A stretch of DNA of 64,000 bases from the human T2T-CHM13v2.0 reference genome, Homo sapiens. Shown here piece after piece: positions 57,373-64,000 of this stretch (within the stretch, counting starts at the first letter, position 1; every line of letters starts with the position of its first letter). Where the stretch lies: NCBI RefSeq assembly GCF_009914755.1, contig NC_060928.1. One strand, given 5' to 3'. A model generated the notes under the pieces. That model saw only the letters and a program-made list of their open reading frames with translations. It was not told the DNA's origin and searched no databases. The translations under genes were made by a program, and so were the position numbers.

Positions 57373-58293
57373 AAGTCAGTACAGCCATGAAACTCAACAT
57401 TACATTGTAATTAGTACAATAAAATAGAACTATAGAACATTTTGGGAGTGCAGAAACAGTCTCAAGAGGATTTAATTCTTCTGTAGCTGGTATGAGTATG
57501 TGAAAATAATGGTTAAAAAGAAATTGTGAAAATTGTGTTTATGGTAAAATTCGAAAAGTTACTACATTGCATAAGCATGGAGAAAAAGATTAAGTGGAAT
57601 TAGCATAAAGCACCACTGTCAGAGAAAGCAGAACATGTGAAACTGTATTTATTGAAATCAACAGTAAAAGCATAAGAGTGGCAAGAAATATTCCCAACCC
57701 TTTCGGATAATCAAGACTGTTTATCTTTAAGCATTTTTAAATTTATACTGACAGTATTAGAATGACTAAAAAGACTTTAAGTAGGGTAGCGACATAAATA
57801 GTATTAAAATGTTAAAATTATCTCTGGCAGTAGAGAATAAAAATTGGAGATGGTCAAAGAATGGACTCTGGAGATTATGTTGAGGTTAATTGCTTTGATC
57901 CATTTAAAAAATAATGCCCATTTGGTCAATGGTGAGAACAAATGCGGGTGGAGGGTTAAACTGAATGCCCAGCAATTATTGCAAATTTGGAGGCGGGAGG
58001 TGAGGAAGTAGGCAGAACTGTCCAGCTGATCAATAGACCCATGAGACTCAAACTTTAAAGTGGTTTGTTACATAGTGCTATTTAACTGATATTCCAATAT
58101 TGAAATACCTTTTTTGATTAGAAGATCAGGATAATTGTTTAAATATATGGATGTTAAATTTGAAGTTTCTCTGAGACGTTGAAATGAATGAATATGTCTT
58201 GTAAATAGTTGGATAAAAGTGCTGGATTTTGGTATTATAGAAAGGTTTATGGCTGCAATATACAGTTCAGAGAGAGCTGTATGTAGAAACTCA

Positions 58294-58710
<417 letters not shown>

Positions 58711-58763
58711 TTAGTAGTAACCATGCTGTATTTCCAAGGAGATCAAAGTACTTTAGAGAATAA

Positions 58764-59113
<350 letters not shown>

Positions 59114-60940
59114 TCTATTTTACATATTTATTGAATACAGTAGGTTCAGGTAAAGAAAGAAAGGCTGAAAGCATAACAAGAAAGAAAGAAAAAAAGAAAC
59201 CCTATTTAATATATTTAGCCTATCTGTTTATTCATAAAAATCCCTATCAATGTCAAATTTATAATATATTATTCAACTAATGCTAATATGGCTAATTTCT
59301 GCCCTTAAAAATAATATATTGTGACAAAAACGTAACTGCAATTTTTCAAGAGGAAGAAATCAACAGCTTTTATTTCAGCTTTGATTTTTTAAAATTTCCC
59401 TCTGATTCTCTTGACCTCTTTTAACTATGATAAATTCATTCACTGATGATTAATTTAAAAGAAGAGACCCGTGATCTCTCTGCATTAATATTTCTTAAGC
59501 ATGCTTTCACTCTGCTTCTTTGTGAACTAGAAAATCTTAAAAGTGGCTCTTGCTTAGATTTACCTTAAAAAACAAAAATAAAACTGTCAATGTCATTATA
59601 GCACAGTGAAACATGATGAAGTATAATTAAATTCTTAAGTATTCTTAATAATTGAAGCTCTCAAAAATAAGTATTATGACAAATTGGACTATAAATTAAA
59701 TGCTTGCATTCCATTCATTTATGTAAAACAATAAGCTCTATAGAAGATGGGTTACATGGAAGAATACATTTTATCGTTCTAAAGAGTTCAATAGGTCTAC
59801 AGTAATGTAGAATCCACTTTAATTATGAAAAAGACTAATGCAATATAGACAATTTTGTGTCAATTACATAAAAGTAAAATTCATGAACCAAGAACACTAC
59901 CAAAGTTCTTTTTAGAATAAAGCGTAGTACAAATAAAAAAAAGACAATGAATAAACCAATTAACTTAAAATACTAATTCTACTGAATAGTGCCTAATGCC
60001 AGGTCCAGAGCATATACTGAAGGCAGAAAGATGATATGTTTTATCTCTACAACTCCATTGAGGCATGAGGTTGTCTTTGGCAAACTGTCCATTCAAATTT
60101 TAAACTCAGTTTATAACCTAATTCTTTCAAGATTGTGAAAGGCAGTAGAGTCTTCACCCAATTTTTAATTTATTATGCTGTCTTCTCACCTGACAATATC
60201 TGATACTGTTGCTTGGAAGCCCAGGCTCTCCCAGATGTACATGTTAGAGTCACATCCATTCCTCAGTGTTTGGCTTAAAAATGTTCTTCCTTTGTGATGT
60301 TTTCATTAATGTTCCCTAGCATCATCATTACATCCTCTCTATTTCATAACGCATTTTACTAAGTACTTAATTTTAAATTATATCCAAGTTTGTTTATTTC
60401 CAAAATATTGATAGGAAGACTATTCTGGGCAAGTGAGTAGACAAGTTTCTTAATACAAAGATGAATTCAGATCCACACAAATTCATACTCTAGGACCAAG
60501 TGTGTATATATGTAAAGCCTATTGCTATAATAAAGTTGCATACATGTGTGTGGCACAGGGGAGAAAATAGCTGACTTCTGGGAATAAAGTCATAGGTTGT
60601 TTAAGATTATGTCCACAAAGGAATGGCCACAAATGAATGAACAACTTAAATAGGTATAAGAGCATTATATGAAGTTAATTGCAAATTGTGAAAAGCAGCA
60701 ATGAAGAGTCTTTAAACGAAGGAAACAAAATGTATAAAAATGTTGCCTGTTTACATATCTTAGCACTATTTATAATTCTTCTACACTATTTTCTGTTTTC
60801 AAGGCCTAAAAGCATGAAAAATACATTTCCCAGACTCTATGGCAAATGGGGTTCATTTTGATAACTTCAATAGGAGACATGTAGGAAAATTTGACTAATC
60901 TGACTAGAATTATTACTCCTTAAAAAATAAAGGCATTTGG

Positions 60941-61195
60941 CCAGTCTGCATAACATTATGAGACCTTGTCTTTACAAATAAATTAAAAAAAAAAAAAAAA
61001 TCAGCCGGGCGTGGTGGCATGTGCCTGTAGTCCTAGCTACTTGGGAGGCTAAGGCAGGAAGATGGCTTGAGCCCAGGAGGTTGAGGGTGCAGTGAGCCGT
61101 ACTCATGCCACTAAATTCCAGCTTGGGTGAGAGAGCCAGAGCTTGTCTCAAAAAATAAAATAATAAAATAAAATAAACAATATAAAATAAATAAA
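60941..61195 (+). mobile_element. AluJ, 5'-truncated
   Basis: ggaagatggcttgagcccaggagg; TSD-like aaggcatttgg / aaggcatgtgg. Confidence 0.9.
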
Positions 61196-62176
61196 TATGA
61201 AGGCATGTGGGCTGTGGCAGAAGGCAGATGTAAAATTTTGCAGTGACCTTCAGACATTCTCACAAGAATCCCTTAGATTATTGCTTAGAGTGACTGAAGT
61301 AATTGGTAGCAGTTTCATGCAATCCCTGCACTTTATAATTATAGGAAAGGCTGCTGTTATCCCAAAACATTCATTAGTTTATATATATCTAACTCCCTGT
61401 ATTACGTAGCTTCTTAAAGTATGTATTACATATCTTCTTAAAATATGTCATTTTTGTTTTTAATGAACCAAAAACAGAGAGACATATACAAAATAATGTG
61501 TTCATGAAACTGTACGTTCTTTCTTTTGGAGAAGCCATAGGCTGTTCATGGAAAATGACAAATAAGTAAGTTCTGGATTAAATGTAGTTAGAGTCTAGAT
61601 GGTAAAGATTTATATAACATATTGATGACCTTCCACTTTAGCCTGAAATCTGTGGGAAACCACTAAAACTCTTCAACTATAACAGGTCAAGATTGATCGA
61701 GGTTGAGGAAGTTGGCTTTGACAAGAGTGTGGAGGCTGTATTACTTGCTCACTTATATTCTAATACTACTAAATTTGTTAAGTATAGTGACTACTTCTTA
61801 ATTGCATACATACCAACATCTAGTGTCTAATACACTGCTGTAATGTCAAGAACAGTTAATGAATTTTTTTATTATTGAGTTTGCTTTTTGCTTATTATAT
61901 TATTTACCCTTAATAAAATATTTTGGATTTTTTAGAAATGCTTAGTGTTTTCGTTTCTGGCGCCTTCCAAATACGTTTTAGTTCACAGAGCATAATAAAT
62001 ATTTGCTGGGTTTTAAAATGATTAAAATCTTCCCCAAAAGTAGACATTTGACTTTGTAATCAGTCTAGTTTATGGAGAACAGATGTTGAATCCCAAAGAA
62101 TCCTTTGCTCAAGGACAGACTGAACTACTACACAGTTAAAAAAGGGCAAGCTAAAGTTTGAGAGTGAGAAAAAGTA

Positions 62177-62190
62177 TAGACAGATAGATG

Positions 62191-62233
<43 letters not shown>

Positions 62234-62264
62234 TAGATAGATAAATAGATATAGATGATAGATA
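62177..62264. repeat. (GATA)n tetranucleotide STR
   Basis: 10 perfect GATA units at 62191-62230 with imperfect flanks. Confidence 0.97.
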
Positions 62265-63212
62265 CATGCATGCATACATACATATATGTATAATTTATGA
62301 AATTGTATAAAACTGATGTAGTGCTGATTTGTATTTTTTTTTTCCACCAGAGTCTAGATTTCCAGGGAATAAAAGTTTATAACTAAAGGCTTAGAATATG
62401 TTATATATTGTTGTTGCTTTTCTGGATTCCTTTAAATTAGAATTCAAATTATAAGGGAGAAATTCAAAGAATCAGCTACTTTTACAGCATTGAAATGTTA
62501 ACGTTTTCTGAAATTTTTTAACCAGCCAGGGGTCAAATTGTTCCACATATTTGCAGCCTAGAAAATATTTACTAAACCACAAAGCAGGGAAAAAAGCACC
62601 ATTCTACTCATACTTCTTATTAAAATATATTATAAATACCTAAATAAACAATTTTAAGACAAAACATAGTCTGACAATTGAGTAAAATGTTATAAAAGAA
62701 GACAGTTTTCCTTTACTTAATTTTAATACTAAGACATGGAAATTACTGTTTCTGGATAATATTAGAGAAAGAATGAGCATAGCTTGCGGATTCCCAACGT
62801 CTCACTATCTTACAGCTGTCTCAGAAGTAAAAGAAAAGCTGATATTGTGCAAAACCTAACATTAAAAAAATGAGGGCCTGGAAGAGACAGAAAGATTGGA
62901 TAAAATATCTAAACTTTTTTAATGTCTTGAGAATATTGGCTTGTTAAAAAATGATCTTTCCCTTTACAGAATACACATGTAAATTGCTTTCCCAAATTAA
63001 AAATATTTATTAGAGATAAATCTATACAGTCAATAGAAGAAAAGCAAATACATATCTCTTTGGTCTCAGGTAAGATGAGTATATTTGTATTTTTTGTTAA
63101 CAAAGCCCCCCACTCCCAAACCAAAAAGCAAAAAAATTATAATGGGAAAATGTTCTATATTTTGCTTTAGCCAAAATATAAATAATATTAAAATATTAGA
63201 TATTTTAACTTG

Positions 63213-63270
63213 TGTTCAGGATCAGATATTGAAAATGACAAACTACATTTTCAATATCTGAACCTGAACA
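63213..63270. repeat. Palindrome/hairpin with 25-bp arms and 8-nt loop
   Basis: tgttcaggatcagatattgaaaatg-acaaacta-cattttcaatatctgaacctgaaca; 24/25 pairs. Confidence 0.93.
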
Positions 63271-64000
63271 GAATTCATGTAACTAAAACAGACTAGATTC
63301 ACTTTCAGTCCAAATAAATCATCTGGGAATTTTAGTAGATCTATAGTCAAAGTATATAAATAGGCAATTATTAAGAAAAGACACAATTCCAACAACAAAT
63401 TTAAAAATTATGCAACCTTTTTATAAATAACAACACAAAGTAAAACAACTTGACCTATAGACATATCATTTTAATGCATGAATTTGTGTTTACACATTCA
63501 TGTTATCATAAAATATTACTTTGAATTAATTCTGAACTTATTTTAATGGTAAATTATTTATTATTTTTAAACACCCCCTTTTAAGAAATATTGATCTATA
63601 CTTTCAGTTGGAGCAAGATATGCAATTTGGTAAGATGTTTGTATTTATGTCAAGGTAAATTGAGCGTACATCAGAATGGCATGTTTGCATATAATTGGAT
63701 ATTTATGTTTTGCTTTCAGTCTTTGCATCTCAATTCAAGTTGCCTGTGTTTAAAAAAGAAAAAAAAAGTTAACAACTGATGCTGAGCATAAATTCGAAAT
63801 AAATTTTTTAAAATATTTAGAGAATTTGGCTGTTAAGAATGATGAAAAAATGGGTGTCAATACTGCATGTATGAAATGTGAACATAAAGCAGAAAGTTTT
63901 TACAACCCTGACTAAAGAGATTTTGCATGCTATGGAAAAGGAATAAATAAATGTGGAAATAATAGTACATTTGACCTGTGAACAATACAGGTTTGAACAA

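Overview
This is AT-rich, CpG-depleted primate DNA, probably human, and is intergenic or deep-intronic. I recognise no intact protein-coding gene, RNA gene or CRISPR array. The ORFs I can assign are translations of Alu, L1 or mariner sequence, and the rest look like chance ORFs. The window is mostly interspersed repeats: about 14 Alus, several L1 pieces, MaLR/ERVL solo LTRs (THE1D, MLT2A, MLT1, MST), DNA-transposon fossils (full-length HSMAR1, MER1A, MER47, MER58, MER3) and ancient L2/MIR/L3 fragments. Subfamily names come from remembered consensus sequences, not from a RepeatMasker run. Structures the repeat annotation does not explain are: (1) a 228-bp inverted duplication of apparently unique sequence (1461-1688 / 2364-2591, 5 mismatches) around a 675-bp spacer; (2) a 63-nt polyadenylated, TSD-flanked retro-insertion of unrecognised origin at about 26.4 kb; (3) a near-perfect 25-bp-stem hairpin at 63213-63270; (4) a chimeric L1 that joins two different subfamilies. 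I cannot support a new multi-gene biological system from this sequence.
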